Part shown: piece by piece, positions 35,942 through 46,600 of the stretch | Layout of the letters: every line of letters starts with the position of its first letter | How positions within the stretch are numbered: the first letter of the stretch is position 1 | Origin: Eubacteriales bacterium | GTDB lineage: Bacteria > Bacillota > Clostridia > Oscillospirales > QAKW01 | Direction of reading: 5' to 3' | NCBI GenBank assembly: GCA_045596965.1 | Contig: JAZODI010000054.1 | Location: 1 to 54,767 of the forward strand | Length of the DNA: 54,767 bases | Notes under the pieces: model-generated | The model's database searches: none | Told to the model about the DNA's origin: nothing | Seen by the model: the letters and a program-made list of their open reading frames with translations, nothing else | Made by a program: the position numbers and the translations under genes

Positions 35942-36451
35942 TTGAATTATTTTAAGCGGTATTATTGGATCGTATTGTCGGCTGTTCTCGTTGGGCTTGA
36001 TCAGCTGACAAAATATTTGGTTAATGCTTATATTCCGCAAAATGATGCGATCTCAGTGATTCCTAACTTTTTTTCACTTGCCCATGTGCGTAATCGCGGT
36101 GCTGCCTTTGGGATGCTGAAGGAGCATCGCTGGGTGTTTTTGATCTTCACAACGATTGTCTTGGTTGCTGCATTTATCATCATGTTTTCCGGGAAAATCA
36201 GAAGCCATTGGGGGATCTGGGCGGTCTCTTTGGTGGCATCCGGTGGAATCGGTAACATGATTGATCGAATTTTCCTTGGGGAAGTTGTGGACTTTTTCGC
36301 CTTTAATTTCTGGGGATATGAGTTTGCCGTTTTCAATGTGGCGGATATTTTCGTCTGTTGCGGTGTGGGGATTTTGGCATTTTATATTCTGTTTTCCAAG
36401 GACTTTGATTCTCCCCGCAAAAATGAGGAGTCGGAAGATGAATCGGTTTGA
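35942..36451 (+). CDS. lspA: Lipoprotein signal peptidase II
   Basis: NRGAAFG, GNMIDR, FNVAD motifs. TTG start. Confidence 0.88.
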   Translation: MNYFKRYYWIVLSAVLVGLDQLTKYLVNAYIPQNDAISVIPNFFSLAHVRNRGAAFGMLKEHRWVFLIFTTIVLVAAFIIMFSGKIRSHWGIWAVSLVASGGIGNMIDRIFLGEVVDFFAFNFWGYEFAVFNVADIFVCCGVGILAFYILFSKDFDSPRKNEESEDESV

Positions 36452-37364
36452 ATTTGAAGCGGATCAGGAGGGGGCGCGCCTGGATTCCTACCTTGCGGAA
36501 AAACTTTTCGATTTTTCCCGTTCCCGTATTGAGCAACTCATCAAAAACGGTGATATAACCGTCAACGGAAAAAAACTTTCCAAAAGTTATCGTTTGCATG
36601 AAGGGGATCGGATCATGGCGGAAATTCCGCCGTTGGAGGATCCTGTTCCTAAGCCTTGCGAAATGGAATTGGATATTGTTTATGAAGATCGGCATCTTTT
36701 GGTTGTGAATAAACCGAAAGGGTTGGTTGTTCATCCCGCGCCGGGTCATAGTGGTGATACCCTTGTGAATGGCTTGCTGGCCCATTGCGGTGATAGTTTA
36801 TCGGGAATCAACGGCGAAAAACGGCCAGGTATCGTTCATCGGATTGATAAAGACACCAGCGGTCTTTTGGTGGTAGCGAAGGATGATATTACTCATCAGG
36901 GGTTATCGGCTCAATTTGAAGAGCATAGCATTGATCGTGTATATGAAACCATCGTTTTCGGAAAGATGCCGAATGATAGCGGGACCATTGACGCGCCAAT
37001 CGGCAGAAGCCAAAAGGACCGTAAGAAGATGGCTGTTGGCGCTCGCCATTCCAAGAGAGCGGTGACCCATTATGAAGTTTTGATGCAGTATCAGGGTTTT
37101 GCTCACCTGGCCTGCAGGTTGGAAACGGGGCGTACCCATCAGATTCGTGTCCATCTTTCATCGATGGGACATTTTGTTTTGGGCGATTTGGTTTACGGTC
37201 GCTCGGTATCCAATTATAAACTTGATTTCGAGGGTCAATGCCTTCATGCAAAGGTTCTTGGCTTTGACCATCCGGTTACCGGAGAGCATCTTCGCTTTGA
37301 AAGTGAATTGCCGGATTATTTTAAAAATATGCTCAAAAAACTTGAAAATCAGAAGCAGCCTTAA
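36438..37364 (+). CDS. rluD: 23S rRNA pseudouridine synthase, RluD family
   Basis: S4 domain plus HRIDKDTSGLLVVAK catalytic motif. ATG at 36438 with GAGGAG upstream, overlapping the lspA end. The longer track ORF is an upstream read-through. Confidence 0.9.
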   Translation: MNRFEFEADQEGARLDSYLAEKLFDFSRSRIEQLIKNGDITVNGKKLSKSYRLHEGDRIMAEIPPLEDPVPKPCEMELDIVYEDRHLLVVNKPKGLVVHPAPGHSGDTLVNGLLAHCGDSLSGINGEKRPGIVHRIDKDTSGLLVVAKDDITHQGLSAQFEEHSIDRVYETIVFGKMPNDSGTIDAPIGRSQKDRKKMAVGARHSKRAVTHYEVLMQYQGFAHLACRLETGRTHQIRVHLSSMGHFVLGDLVYGRSVSNYKLDFEGQCLHAKVLGFDHPVTGEHLRFESELPDYFKNMLKKLENQKQP

Positions 37365-37384
37365 AAAGACTGCTTCTTTTTTTG
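37351..37384 (+). terminator. Rho-independent terminator spanning the rluD stop codon
   Basis: AGAAGCAG-(11 nt loop)-CTGCTTCT followed by TTTTTTT. Confidence 0.7.
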
Positions 37385-37402
37385 TAAAAGGGGATATTTT
37401 AC

Positions 37403-37432
37403 TTTACAAACAACCCAATAATATATTATAAT
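37403..37432 (+). promoter_or_regulatory. SigmaA-type promoter candidate for pyrH-frr
   Basis: TTTACA, 18 nt spacer, TATAAT. Confidence 0.4.
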
Positions 37433-37466
37433 ATTATAAAATATGACTTTTGGGAGTGTGGATATT

Positions 37467-38186
37467 ATGTCTAAAATTGCGTATCGAAGAATTCTCTTGA
37501 AATTGAGCGGCGAGGCACTTGCCGGTGCGGGGAAAACCGGTATCGACTTTGACTATGTTCTCAAGATCGGCTCATATATTAAAGAGTGTGTTGAGCATGG
37601 CGTTCAGGTTGCAATCGTTGTGGGCGGCGGAAACTATTGGCGCGGCAGAAGCAATCAGCAAATGGATCGTACCCGCGCCGATTATATTGGCATGTTGGCA
37701 ACGACGATGAATGCTCTGACCGTGCAGGATGCTTTGATCCAAAACGGAATTGAGTGCCGTGTGATGAGTGCGATCGAGATGCGTCAGATCGCCGAAACCT
37801 TTATTCGCAATCGTGCGATTGCTCATCTGGAAAAGGGGCGTGTTGTTATCTTCGCCAGCGGCACCGGAAATCCCTATTTCTCCACTGATACCTGCGCTGC
37901 TCTGCGCGCGGCCGAGATCAATGCGGATGTGATCTTTAAGGCAACCAATGTGGACGGTGTTTATACCGCCGATCCTAAGAAAGATCCCAATGCAAAGAAA
38001 TTGCACCATATCCGTTATATCGATATTCTTAAGGATGGTCTGCAGGTAATGGATAGTGCTGCGGCCGCCCTTTGCAACGATAATAATATCCCGATCTATG
38101 TTTTTGATATGTCCGATCCGGCAAATATTGTTCATGCTGTGATGGGCGATGATATTGGCACAACTATTGATAACAAAGGAGAATAA
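37467..38186 (+). CDS. pyrH: UMP kinase
   Basis: [33 protein letters not shown]. Confidence 0.95.
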   Translation: MSKIAYRRILLKLSGEALAGAGKTGIDFDYVLKIGSYIKECVEHGVQVAIVVGGGNYWRGRSNQQMDRTRADYIGMLATTMNALTVQDALIQNGIECRVMSAIEMRQIAETFIRNRAIAHLEKGRVVIFASGTGNPYFSTDTCAALRAAEINADVIFKATNVDGVYTADPKKDPNAKKLHHIRYIDILKDGLQVMDSAAAALCNDNNIPIYVFDMSDPANIVHAVMGDDIGTTIDNKGE

Positions 38187-38190
38187 CAAA

Positions 38191-38742
38191 ATGGCTAACT
38201 ATACTGAATTTGAAGACAAAATGAAGAAGACCCTGACCTCTCTCAGCAACGATTTTGCCGGTGTGCGCGCAGGACGCGCAAACCCTGCGGTTCTGGATCG
38301 TCTGCGCGTGGAATACTATGGCGCTTCCAGCAAGATCAACGAGGTTGCGGCGGTTAGCGTTCCCGAAGCCCGTATGCTGGTAATTCAGCCTTGGGACGTT
38401 ACGGTTTTAAAAGAGATTGAAAAGGCAATCCTTGCCTCTGATATCGGTATTACCCCCAATAGCGATGGTAAGGTGATCCGTCTGACCTTCCCTCAGCCCA
38501 CTGAAGAGCGGCGTAGAGAGCTGGTTAAGGATGTTAAGAAATATGGCGAGGATGCCAAGGTTGCCATTCGCAACGTCCGTCGCGATGCTTTGGATAAGTT
38601 CAAGAAGCAAGAGAAGGCTCATGAGATTACAGAAGATGAGCTGAAGGGCATTGAAACGGATGTTCAGAAATTGACTGATAAGTATATCGGCGAGATCGAA
38701 AAGATGGTTTCCGAAAAAGAAAAGGAAGTCATGGCAGTTTAA
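38191..38742 (+). CDS. frr: Ribosome recycling factor
   Basis: Full-length match to the Frr pattern (GVRAGRANPAVLD, IRLTFPQPTEERR, IRNVRRDA). Confidence 0.95.
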   Translation: MANYTEFEDKMKKTLTSLSNDFAGVRAGRANPAVLDRLRVEYYGASSKINEVAAVSVPEARMLVIQPWDVTVLKEIEKAILASDIGITPNSDGKVIRLTFPQPTEERRRELVKDVKKYGEDAKVAIRNVRRDALDKFKKQEKAHEITEDELKGIETDVQKLTDKYIGEIEKMVSEKEKEVMAV

Positions 38743-38755
38743 TTGATTTTGGTAG

Positions 38756-39502
38756 GTGAACGCATTGAAATTATCGCGCAAGAAAAAAGAAATGATCGAT
38801 CCCGAACGGTTGCCTGAGCATGTCGGTATTATTATGGACGGCAATGGGCGTTGGGCTCAAAAACGCGGTCTGCCGCGTTATGCGGGTCATGTAGCGGGTG
38901 CGCAGGTTTTTAAAACCATTGCTTATTATGCAAGGGATATCGGTTTGAAAAATCTGACTGTTTATGCGTTCTCCACCGAGAATTGGAGCCGCCCGCAGGA
39001 AGAAGTTTCCAGAATCATGAAGGTTTTGGAAGAATTTATCGATGATGCGCTGAATACCTTTGAAAAGGAAAGGGTGCGGATTCGATTTATCGGCGATCTT
39101 TCTGTTTTCTCCGGCATATTATTGGAGAAAATGGAGCGTATTGTTGATGCAACAAAGGATTTTTCGGGTCTGACATTGAATGTTGCGATGAACTATGGCG
39201 GTCAGCATGAGATCGTTCATGCGGCGCGCAAGGCGGCGGAGCTTGTATCAAAGGGGTTGCTTAAACCCGAAGATATTACGCCGGAAGCGTTTGGAAAAAT
39301 GCTTTATTTTGATGATTGCGAAGCGGTGGATCTTGTTATTCGCCCCAGCGGAGAGAAGCGCCTTTCGAACTTCCTGCTTTGGCAGTCTGCTTACGCGGAG
39401 TTTTGGTATTCGGATATTCTTTGGCCCGATTTTAAGCCGAAGGATCTGGACCAGGCAATTATTGACTATCAAAAAAGGAATAGGAGGTTTGGCGGCGTAT
39501 GA
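38756..39502 (+). CDS. uppS: Undecaprenyl diphosphate synthase (cis-isoprenyl transferase)
   Basis: GIIMDGNGRWA, AFSTENW, RPSGEKRLSNFLLWQSAYAEF. Confidence 0.93.
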   Translation: MNALKLSRKKKEMIDPERLPEHVGIIMDGNGRWAQKRGLPRYAGHVAGAQVFKTIAYYARDIGLKNLTVYAFSTENWSRPQEEVSRIMKVLEEFIDDALNTFEKERVRIRFIGDLSVFSGILLEKMERIVDATKDFSGLTLNVAMNYGGQHEIVHAARKAAELVSKGLLKPEDITPEAFGKMLYFDDCEAVDLVIRPSGEKRLSNFLLWQSAYAEFWYSDILWPDFKPKDLDQAIIDYQKRNRRFGGV

Positions 39503-40353
39503 AAGAAAACTTTTTGCAACGGTTATGGACATCGTTGATCATTCTGGGTGTCTTTATCTTGCTGTTTGCAACATCTGCCTTTTCTCCTTTCTTTGAGATT
39601 GCAATTGCTGCTTTGATCTGCATCTGCATTTATGAAGCACTTACCTGCGCAGGATGCGCCACGAAGAAGAAACTTTTGATCCCCAGCTTGTTTTACGGAG
39701 CGGCGGTGCCACTTTCTTTTTTGATAAGAGATTTCCTATATCCTGAAAGAAACCCTTATTATGGTGTTATTATTATCTCTTTTATTTATCTCGTCTTTTT
39801 GTTTGTTATTTTAATGACAAATTTTGAAAAGACGGTGTTTAGCGAGGCGGCGGTGGCGATGTTTATCACATTTGTTATCACTTGCTTCCTGAGCAACATC
39901 ATTTTTATTCGCCGCATTGAAAACCATGGATTTTTCTTTATGGTTCTCTGTATTGTATGTGGAGCGTGGTGCACCGATATTTTCGCATACCTAACAGGAA
40001 TCCTTTTGGGTCGCCACCGTCCCTTCAAAATCATCAGCCCTAAAAAATCGGTGGAAGGGTGCATTGGCGGCTCCTTATTTTCCATTGGCTTTTTCTTTTT
40101 GTTTTGCTTTATTTATCAGAAGGTTACTCATGTGGGAATGGATTGGTTGCTGGTTTTGGTCTATGGTTTGTGTTGTACCTTGATTGCGCAGATCGGGGAT
40201 CTTTCATTCTCCTACATAAAGCGTTCTTATGGCATTAAGGATTTCGGCAAGATTTTGCCCGGTCATGGCGGATTTTTGGATCGCTTGGATAGTTTGATCT
40301 TTATTGCGCCGATGTTTTATGCATTGTTGAACGCGAAAAGTTTCATTGGGTGA
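39499..40353 (+). CDS. cdsA: Phosphatidate cytidylyltransferase
   Basis: C-terminal signature SYIKRSYGIKDFGKILPGHGGFLDRLDS. Polytopic. ATGA overlap with uppS. Confidence 0.88.
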   Translation: MKENFLQRLWTSLIILGVFILLFATSAFSPFFEIAIAALICICIYEALTCAGCATKKKLLIPSLFYGAAVPLSFLIRDFLYPERNPYYGVIIISFIYLVFLFVILMTNFEKTVFSEAAVAMFITFVITCFLSNIIFIRRIENHGFFFMVLCIVCGAWCTDIFAYLTGILLGRHRPFKIISPKKSVEGCIGGSLFSIGFFFLFCFIYQKVTHVGMDWLLVLVYGLCCTLIAQIGDLSFSYIKRSYGIKDFGKILPGHGGFLDRLDSLIFIAPMFYALLNAKSFIG

Positions 40354-40358
40354 TGATC

Positions 40359-41510
40359 ATGAAAAAAATATCAATTCTCGGCTCGACCGGCTCCATCGGT
40401 ACGCAGACGCTTCAGGTTTGCAGAGATCTCAATATTGGTGTGGCTGCCCTCAGCGCGGGGAGAAATATTGATCTCTTGGAAAGCCAAATTCGTGAATTTA
40501 ATGTTCCTGTTGCCAGCGTATATGATGAAGCGGCGGCGGAAATATTAAGAAAGAGATTAAATGGCTTTCCTTGCACGGTTTATTCCGGAAATGAAGGAAA
40601 TTGTATTGCGGCATCTGCGGCGGAATCCTCTATCGTTGTTACCGCCATGATGGGGATGATTGGTCTAAAACCAACATTGGCTGCCATTGATGCCGGTAAA
40701 GATATCGCGCTTGCGAATAAGGAAACATTGGTTTGCGCCGGCCAGATCGTTATGCCGGCGGCTAAAAAGAGAGGCGTATCGATCCTTCCGGTCGATAGCG
40801 AGCATAGCGCGATCTTTCAATGCTTGCAGGGCGCAGCAGAGAATTCTATTAATAAAATCCTTTTGACCGCTTCCGGCGGGCCGTTCTTTGGCATGAAGAG
40901 CGAGGCATTGAAGAAGGTTACGCTTAGGGATGCCCTAAATCATCCCAATTGGAGTATGGGATCGAAAATTACCATCGATAGTGCCACCTTGATGAATAAA
41001 GGTTTGGAATGGATGGAAGCAAAATGGCTCTTTGATGTTACGGATGATCAGATTGAAGTGGTTGTCCATCGGGAGAGTATTGTTCATTCCGCGGTTGAAT
41101 TTGCCGACCATTCGGTGATTGCCCAGATGGGCGTTCCTTCCATGTATTTGCCTATTAAATACGCGCTGACCTATCCTGCGAGGGTTCAAAGTGGTGATTA
41201 CGCCCTTTCCTTGATTGGAAAGACATTGCATTTTGAGCAGGCGGATGAAGAAACATTCCGTTGCTTAAAGCTTGCAAAGCAAACGAGCCGTGCCGGAGGG
41301 TTATATCCAACTGTTTTGAACGGAGCCAATGAACAGGCGGTTGCTTTATTTCTGGAAAACAAAATCGGATTTGCCGAAATCGCAGATCTTGTCGAAAAAG
41401 CGCTGATGAATGTTCCTGCGGGGGATGCTGAAAAACTCGATGATGTCCTGCGGGCAGATCAAATTGCCAGAGAGCAGGTTCGCATGGATTACAAGAAGGG
41501 TGCTGTTTGA
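40359..41510 (+). CDS. dxr: 1-deoxy-D-xylulose-5-phosphate reductoisomerase
   Basis: ILGSTGSIGTQTL, ALANKE, DSEHSAIFQC, HPNWSMG. Confidence 0.95.
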   Translation: MKKISILGSTGSIGTQTLQVCRDLNIGVAALSAGRNIDLLESQIREFNVPVASVYDEAAAEILRKRLNGFPCTVYSGNEGNCIAASAAESSIVVTAMMGMIGLKPTLAAIDAGKDIALANKETLVCAGQIVMPAAKKRGVSILPVDSEHSAIFQCLQGAAENSINKILLTASGGPFFGMKSEALKKVTLRDALNHPNWSMGSKITIDSATLMNKGLEWMEAKWLFDVTDDQIEVVVHRESIVHSAVEFADHSVIAQMGVPSMYLPIKYALTYPARVQSGDYALSLIGKTLHFEQADEETFRCLKLAKQTSRAGGLYPTVLNGANEQAVALFLENKIGFAEIADLVEKALMNVPAGDAEKLDDVLRADQIAREQVRMDYKKGAV

Positions 41511-42538
41511 TGCGAGTTATTTTCAACATTGTTATAACTATATTGGTTTTTGGCCTGCTGATTCTATCCCATGAGGCAGGCCATTTCTTCACAGCTGTTT
41601 GGGCTAAAATCAAAATTCATGAATTTTCAATCGGCATGGGCCCCGCGTTATTCAAGCGGGAAGGAAAGCTTTGCCGATTTTCTATCCGTGCATTTCCCAT
41701 TGGTGGGTTTGTCCAAATGGAGGGGGAAGACGGTGACTCAACAGATGAGAATTCCTTCGCCAGCAAACCTCGTTGGAAACGATTTTTGGTTTTGATAATG
41801 GGCGCAGCGATGAACATCCTGATGGGTTTTTTATTGATCTGTTGCGTCAATGCTACCATTACGGCCTATCCAACAACGGAGGTCGCGGAGTTTTATTCCG
41901 ACGCTGTTTCTTCTTCTCAACTTCAGCAGGGTGATAAAATCGTTTCGATTGATGGGTATGATATCTTTTCTTATATGGATCTTTCCTATGCCCTTTCCCA
42001 AAAGAGCGAGGATCATACCTTTGATGTTACAGTTATGAGAGGCGGCTCTAAGGTTGAATTATCCAACGTTCCCTTTCCTGTTATTGAAGATGATCAATAC
42101 GGAACATTTCATGATGTAGACTTTAAAGTGTATGGAGAAAAACGAAATGTTATTTCGGTGTTTCGATATTCCGCAGGGTACACGCTCTCGGTGTCTCGCT
42201 CCATCTATTCATCCATTTTCTCGATGTTTTCAGGGAAGGCCGATTTTGATCAGGTGAGTGGTCCTATCGGAACCGCCTCGGCCATAGGAGAAAGTGCTAC
42301 GGTAGGGTTACGTTCGCTTTTAATGATGATTGCGTTTATTTCTATCAATCTGGGGGTTATGAATTTGTTGCCGTTTCCCGCTTTAGATGGTGGGCGGATA
42401 TTATTGCTCGGAATTGAGGCTATTCGCCGTAAGCCGCTTAATCCAAAGGTTGAATCTGCTCTGAACGGCGCAGGACTGATTTTATTATTATGTCTGATGG
42501 TCGTCGTTGCGTTTAAAGATATTATCAATTTATTCTGA
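41510..42538 (+). CDS. rseP: RIP site-2 metalloprotease (M50, RseP/RasP)
   Basis: HEAGHF zinc motif, central PDZ-like segment, NLLPFPALDGG. TGATG overlap with dxr. Confidence 0.88.
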   Translation: MRVIFNIVITILVFGLLILSHEAGHFFTAVWAKIKIHEFSIGMGPALFKREGKLCRFSIRAFPIGGFVQMEGEDGDSTDENSFASKPRWKRFLVLIMGAAMNILMGFLLICCVNATITAYPTTEVAEFYSDAVSSSQLQQGDKIVSIDGYDIFSYMDLSYALSQKSEDHTFDVTVMRGGSKVELSNVPFPVIEDDQYGTFHDVDFKVYGEKRNVISVFRYSAGYTLSVSRSIYSSIFSMFSGKADFDQVSGPIGTASAIGESATVGLRSLLMMIAFISINLGVMNLLPFPALDGGRILLLGIEAIRRKPLNPKVESALNGAGLILLLCLMVVVAFKDIINLF

Positions 42539-42553
42539 AAAAGGGGGATCTGA

Positions 42554-43600
42554 ATGGCTAAAAAAGTTCGTGTTGGCAATTTAGAACTTGGCGGAGATCG
42601 TATTTATGTCCAATCTATGCTGAGTACGCCGGCGGGGGATCATGATGCCGCCTTGGCCCAGGCTATTGCTTTGGAAGAGGCCGGTTGTGATATTTTGCGC
42701 CTCAGTATCCCCAATATGGATTCGATTGAAACCATCCGCAGGCTGAAAAAAACAGTTTCAATGCCTATCGTTGCAGATATTCATTTTGATTATCGTTTGG
42801 CAATTGCCTCGGTTGATGCGGGTGTGGATAAAATTCGCATAAATCCCGGAAATATCGGCTCGGAAGAGAAGGTACGGGCGGTTGTGAATGCTTGCAAGGC
42901 AAAGAATGTGCCCATTCGCATCGGTGTTAACGGTGGTTCGCTGGAGCGTGAATTGCTCGAGCGCTACGGATCGCCTACTCCTGAGGCGATGGTTGAAAGT
43001 GCGATGCGTCATGTTCGCATTCTGGAGCGTTTGGATTTTCATGATATTGTTATTTCCATCAAAAGCTCGGATGTTAAGAAAATGATTGCCGCATATCGTC
43101 TTTTGGCAAAAGTGTGTGATTATCCCTTTCACCTTGGCGTTACCGAAGCGGGAACCAAAGACATGGGCGTTGTTAAAAACGCCATTGGAATCGGAAGCCT
43201 GCTTGCAGAGGGTATCGGATCGACAATCCGCGTTTCTCTTACTGCTGATCCTGTTGAAGAGATCTATGCGGGATTTCGCATCTTAAAGGCGCTGGATCTG
43301 GTGGAGGGCGCTTGTCAGTTGGTTTCTTGCCCCACCTGCGGCCGTACCAAAATTCCTGTTGTTGAAATTGCAGAACGTGTTGAAAAAGCGTTGGAGAAAA
43401 ACCGCAGCGGATTAAAAGTTGCGATCATGGGGTGCGCGGTAAACGGACCCGGTGAAGCGCGGGAAGCGGATGTTGGCATCGCCGGCGGTAACGGCGAGGG
43501 CTTGATTTTTAAAAAGGGTAAGATTATCAAGAAGGTTCCTCAGGGTCAATTGTTTGATGCCTTGATGGATGAAATAAATGAAATGTCAGGGAATAAGTAG
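42554..43600 (+). CDS. ispG: HMBPP synthase IspG (GcpE)
   Basis: TIM-barrel N-domain (VQSM, ADIHFD, RINPGN) and C-terminal CPTCGRT...GCAVNGPGE Fe-S motif. Confidence 0.93.
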   Translation: MAKKVRVGNLELGGDRIYVQSMLSTPAGDHDAALAQAIALEEAGCDILRLSIPNMDSIETIRRLKKTVSMPIVADIHFDYRLAIASVDAGVDKIRINPGNIGSEEKVRAVVNACKAKNVPIRIGVNGGSLERELLERYGSPTPEAMVESAMRHVRILERLDFHDIVISIKSSDVKKMIAAYRLLAKVCDYPFHLGVTEAGTKDMGVVKNAIGIGSLLAEGIGSTIRVSLTADPVEEIYAGFRILKALDLVEGACQLVSCPTCGRTKIPVVEIAERVEKALEKNRSGLKVAIMGCAVNGPGEAREADVGIAGGNGEGLIFKKGKIIKKVPQGQLFDALMDEINEMSGNK

Positions 43601-43601
43601 A

Positions 43602-46600
43602 ATGTCGAACAAATACTTATTGAATTTTTTTAAACGGTGTTCATTCACTGATGAGGAAATCAGTCTTTTCGGTGAATCAATTGCAACAAAGGTTGTTGTT
43701 AACCAGGAACACCGCATTTTGAAGGCACATGCTCAGTTTTCGAAGTATGTGCCTTTTTCCCATATCCTGCAACTCGAAAAGAAGGTTAAAACTTCATATG
43801 ATTTGAGTTTGGTTGAGATCATTCCAAACTTTGAGAATGTTGAACTATCGGTGGATCATTGGGAAGATATTATCGCTTGCGCCAAGCGTAAAAACGGTGG
43901 AGTAAACGGATTTTTGAATGATTCTACCGTTACGGTTAACGGGATGGAATTAACCGTCTCTTTGCAATACGGCGGATTGGATATCATGGAAGCGCTTGGT
44001 GTTGAAAAGACCCTTTTAGAGGTTCTTTTCGAATGGTATCAAAAACGCTATAAAATTGTTTTTACCGGCGCGACTAAAGTGGATGAATCCAATCTGATTG
44101 AAGTTCCTGAGCCGATCTATGAGGAGGCTCCGCCTCCGCCCGAACCTATTGCACCGCCTGCTCCCAAGGAGCCGGTAAAAAGGGAGTGGCGCCGCGCTCC
44201 GGTGGTTACCGAGATGCCGGATATTCCCTTTAAACCTACTGAGAATACCATTCATGGGGATCGGATCGGTAAGAATTTCTATGCCCTTAATAAGGTTAAT
44301 CAGGTGGATGGAACCGTTTCGGTTATGGGCAATATTTTTAAATGCGACAGTCGCACTACTTGGGATCAGAAGAATGTTCGTTTTTCTGTATACATAACCG
44401 ACTACACCGGATCGATCATTTTGAAATTCATGGTACCCGCCGAAAAAGCAGAGGAGTTATCGGGAAAATTAAAGCCCGGTAAAGCTGTTGGTGCAACCGG
44501 CCAAGCGATGTATGATAAATATGAAGAAGACTATGTAATTAACGCCAAATGTGTCTTTGAATCAAAATATACCATTCGCCAGGATTTTGCTGATGAGAAG
44601 CGGGTGGAATTGCATCTGCACACCAATATGTCGGCAATGGATGCGGTAAATACCATCGAGGATTATGTCCGCAGAGCAGCCTATTGGGGCCATAAAGCCA
44701 TCGCGATTACCGACCATGGTAATCTTCAGAATTATCCCGGTGCCCAGGCGGCGGCCAAAGATTGCGGCATTAAAATGATCTATGGTGTTGAGGGTTATCT
44801 GGTGGATGATACCGTTCCGGGATTTGATCCGAAATCTTCCTATAAGCAAAAGGCAACACCGCGGTATCATATTATTCTTTTGGTCCAAAATAAAATTGGA
44901 TTAAAGCATTTATATGAGCTGATTTCTAAATCGAATATTGAACATTTTTATCGTAGACCCTTGATGTTCCGCTCAGAGATCGAACGGCTGCGGGAGGGCT
45001 TAATTATTGGTAGTGCCTGCGAAGCGGGAGAATTGTTCCGTGCGGTGGTTGAAAAGAAGGGGGAAGAGGAGCTACTCAAGATTGCCTCTTTTTATGATTA
45101 TTTGGAGATTCAACCCATCGGGAATAATGCCTATATGCTTCGCAATGGTATGGCTTCGGGCGAAGAGGAACTGCAAGGTTTCAATAAAACGATTGTTCGC
45201 CTTGGCGAGACCCTTAATAAACCCGTTGTTGCCACCTGTGACGTTCATTTTCTGGATGCGCGGGATGAGGTGTTCCGCCGCATCCTGATGGCAGGTAACG
45301 GCTTTGAAGATGCAGATAATCAGCCACCGCTTTATTTGCGAACAACCGAGGAAATGCTGCGTGAATTCGATTATCTGCCCTTCGATGTTGCTCATAAAAT
45401 CGTTGTTGAAAATACAAACATGATTGCGGATATGGTGGAGGAAATCGTCCCCATTCCCTTTGGAATGCACGCGCCCGAGATGGAGGGGGCAGAGGAAGAA
45501 CTGCGCGAATTGGCTTGGAAAACGGCCCATGATATTTATGGCGATCCTTTACCTGAAATTGTCGAAAAACGGCTGGATCGTGAGCTGAATTCCATCATCG
45601 GTAACGGTTATGCCGTTATGTATATGATTGCGCAGAAGTTAGTGAAAAAATCCAATGAAGCAGGCTATTCGGTGGGTTCCCGTGGCTCGGTCGGTTCGTC
45701 CTTTGCGGCATCCATGGTGGGTATTTCGGAGGTTAATCCTTTGCCGCCCCATTATGTTTGCCCTCATTGCAAATACAGCGAGTTTTTCGAAGATGGTTCG
45801 GTAGGTTCAGGATTTGACTTGGAGGATAAAGATTGCCCCCGTTGCGGCAAACCCATGAAGACGGATGGCCATGATATTCCCTTTGAAACCTTTTTGGGAT
45901 TCAAGGGGGATAAGGTTCCGGATATTGATCTGAACTTTTCGGGTGAATATCAGTCCACAGCGCATAAGTATGTTGAAGAATTGTTTGGCGAAGGTTATGT
46001 TTTCAAGGCGGGAACCATTGGCACATTGGCGGACAAAACCGCATATGGCTATGTTAAGAAATACCTTGAAAGCAAAGAAATGAAACTGAATAAAGCGGAA
46101 GAACAGCGATTGGTGGATGGGTGCGTCGGTATTAAGAGAACCACCGGCCAGCATCCTGCAGGAATGGTTGTTATTCCCAAGCAATACAGTGTTTACGATT
46201 TTTGCCCCATCCAACATCCTGCTGATGATCAGGATTCGGATATCCTGACAACCCACTTTGATTTCCATTCTCTTCACGATACCATTCTGAAATTGGATAT
46301 TCTCGGTCACGATGTGCCGACCCTCCTGAAGCATCTGGAGGATCTGACTAACTTGAAATTTGCGGATATTCCGATGAATGATCGCGAGGTTTACAGTTTA
46401 CTTACCAGCCCTGCGGCGCTGGGTGTAACTCCCGAGGAAATTGAGTGCGATACCGGCACATTGGCCCTACCTGAAATGGGCACAAAATTTGTGCGCCAGA
46501 TGATGGTGGAAGCGCGTCCCAAGAATTTTTCGGAATTGTTGCAGATTTCAGGACTTTCCCATGGTACCGATGTTTGGATCGGCAATGCGCAGGATCTGAT

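Noticed and set aside
36261-36437. N-terminal extensions in the ORF track for rluD, and likewise for yggS (32780), frr (38149), ricA (25799), pyrH (37443), nrdR (15433), the DUF368 gene (17359) and the ATPase (7716).
   Set aside because: The extensions overlap the upstream gene or lack an RBS. Internal ATGs with good Shine-Dalgarno sequences give proteins of canonical family length and N-termini.
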